64,000 bases of DNA from Eledone cirrhosa (lineage: Eukaryota). Each line of letters begins with the position of its first letter. The stretch's first letter is position 1. The notes beneath the pieces were generated by a model. It worked only from the letters and a program-made list of their open reading frames with translations, was not told where the DNA came from and ran no database searches. Position numbers and translations under genes: made by a program. Where the stretch lies: positions 28,396,001 through 28,460,000 of the forward strand of contig OZ024760.1 in NCBI GenBank assembly GCA_964016885.1, given 5' to 3'. Positions 62,001 through 64,000 of the stretch are shown here, one piece after another.

Positions 62001-64000
62001 ACTGAGGATGTCCTTGTGTGGGGTATTGTCCTACCAGCTGACTGAGGATGTCCTTGTGTGGGGTATAGTCCTACCAGCTGACTGAGGATGTCCTTGTATG
62101 GAGTATGGTCCTACCAGCTGACTGAGGATGTCCTTGTGTGGGGTATGGTCCTACCAGCTGACTGAGGATGTCCTTGTGTGGGGTATGGTCCTACCAGCTG
62201 ACTGTGAGGATGTCGTTGTGTGGGGTATAGTCCTACCAGCTGACTGAGGATGTCCTTGTGTGGGGTATGGTCCTACCAGCTGACTGAGGATGTCCTTGTG
62301 TGGGGTATAGTCCTACCAGCTGACTGAGGATGTCCTTGTATGGAGTATGGTCCTACCAGCTGACTGAGGATGTCCTTGTGTGGGGTATGGTCCTACCAGC
62401 TGACTGAGGATGTCCTTGTGTGGGGTATGGTCCTACCAGCTGACTGAGGATGTCCTTGTATGGAGTATGGTCCTACCAGCTGACTGAGGATGTCCTTGTG
62501 TGGGGTATTGTCCTACCAGCTGACTGAGGATGTCCTTGTGTGGGGTATAGTCCTACCAGCTGACTGAGGATGTCCTTGTATGGAGTATGGTCCTACCAGC
62601 TGACTGAGGATGTCCTTGTGTGGGGTATGGTCCTACCAGCTGACTGAGGATGTCCTTGTGTGGGGTATGGTCCTACCAGCTGACTGTGAGGATGTCGTTG
62701 TGTGGGGTATAGTCCTACCAGCTGACTGAGGATGTCCTTGTGTGGGGTATGGTCCTACCAGCTGACTGAGGATGTCCTTGTGTGGGGTATGGTCCTACCA
62801 GCTAACTGTGAGGATGTCCTTGTGTGGGGTATAGTCCTACCAGCTGACTCTGAGGATGTCCTTGTGTGGGGTATGGTCAAACCAGCTGACTGAGGATGTC
62901 CTTGTGTGGGGTATAGTCCTACCAGCTGACTCTGAGGATGTCCTTGTGTGGGGTATGGTCCTACCAGCTGACTGAGGATGTCCTTGTGTGGGGTATAGTC
63001 CTACCAGCTGACTGAGGATGTCCTTGTGTGGGGTATAGTCCTACCAGTTGACTGAGGATGTCCTTGTGTGGGGTATAGTCCTACCAGCTGACTGAGGATG
63101 TCCTTGTGTGGGCTATAGTCCTACCAGCTGACTGAGAATGTCCTTGTATGGGGTATGGTCCTACCAGCTGACTGAGGATGTCCTTGTATGGGGTATAGTC
63201 CTACCAGCTGACTGACGATGTCCTTGTGTGGGGTATAGTCCTACCAGCTGACTGAGGATGTCCTTGTGTGGGGGTATAGTCCTACCAGCTGACTGAGGAT
63301 GTCCTTGTATGGGGTATGGTCCTACCAGGTGACTGAGAATGTCCTTGTATGGGGTATGGTCCTACCAGCTGACTGTGAGGATGTCCTTGTGTGGGGTATG
63401 GTCCTACCAGCTGACTGTGAGGATGTCCTTGGGTGGAGTATGGTCCTACCAGCTGACTGAGGATGTCCTTGTGTGGGGTATGGTCCTACCAGCTGACTGT
63501 GAGGATGTCCTTGTGTGGGGTATGGTCCTACCAGCTGACTGTGAGGATGTCCTTGTGTGGGGTATGGTCCTACCAGCTGACTGAGGATGTCCTTGTATGG
63601 GGTATGGTCCTACCAGCTGACTCTGAGGATGTCCTTGTGTGGGGTATGGTCCTACCAGCTGACTGAGGATGTCCTTGTGTGGTGTATGGTCCTACCAGCT
63701 GACTGTGAGGATGTCCTTGTGTGGGGTATGGTCCTACCAGCTGACTGTGAGGATGTCCTTGTGTGGGGTATGGCCCTACCAGCTGACTGAGTATGTCCTT
63801 GTGTGGGGTATGGTCCTACCAGCTGACTGAGGATGTCCTTGTGTGGGGTATGGTCCTACCATCTGACTGAGGATGTCCTTGTGTGGGGTATGGTCCTACC
63901 AGCTGACTGTGAGGATGTCCTTGTGTGGGGTATGGTCCTACCAGCTGACTGAGGATGTCCTTGTGTGGGGTATGGTCCTACCAGCTGACTGTGAGGATGT
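59043..64000. repeat. 40/42-bp tandem array (about 120 units, runs off the window) derived from an RTE ORF segment
   Basis: Unit GAGGATGTCCTTGTGTGGGGTATGGTCCTACCAGCTGACT(GT), continuous with the RTE fragment on its left; 2839-bp higher-order duplication (ORFs 60500 and 63339). Confidence 0.95.

Noticed and set aside
58292-64000. Search for the MYSM1 first exon or promoter
   Set aside because: The region is RTE fragments and satellite; I found no ATG-containing exon with a phase-2 donor.

Overview
AT-rich, microsatellite-dense animal genomic DNA. It is most consistent with an octopod or other cephalopod, an inference from repeat content and gene sequence that I have not verified. One host gene crosses the window on the minus strand: MYSM1 (SANT/Myb + SWIRM + JAMM/MPN+ H2A deubiquitinase). 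I rebuilt it by hand as 15 phase-consistent exons from 58291 down to the stop at 12242 (2647 nt). The first exon or exons were not found and probably lie beyond the right edge. One intron is U12-type. Introns and flank contain an intact RTE LINE, two decayed Penelope-like elements, CR1-like, R4-like and RTE fragments, a small non-autonomous LTR element with a tRNA-Trp PBS, piggyBac-like and mariner-like MITEs, SINEs, and many minisatellites grown from TE segments. Three observations stand out. (1) About nine type I hammerhead ribozyme candidates with near-intact cores, plus degenerate and half copies, sit in short (TA)n-flanked Penelope-type units; three are in MYSM1-sense orientation inside introns. 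(2) Several fold-back palindromes turn inside a hammerhead. (3) A 4.9-kb tandem array has as its 41-bp unit a copy of a MYSM1 exon's own 3' splice site. All structures were read by eye; nothing was computed or searched.
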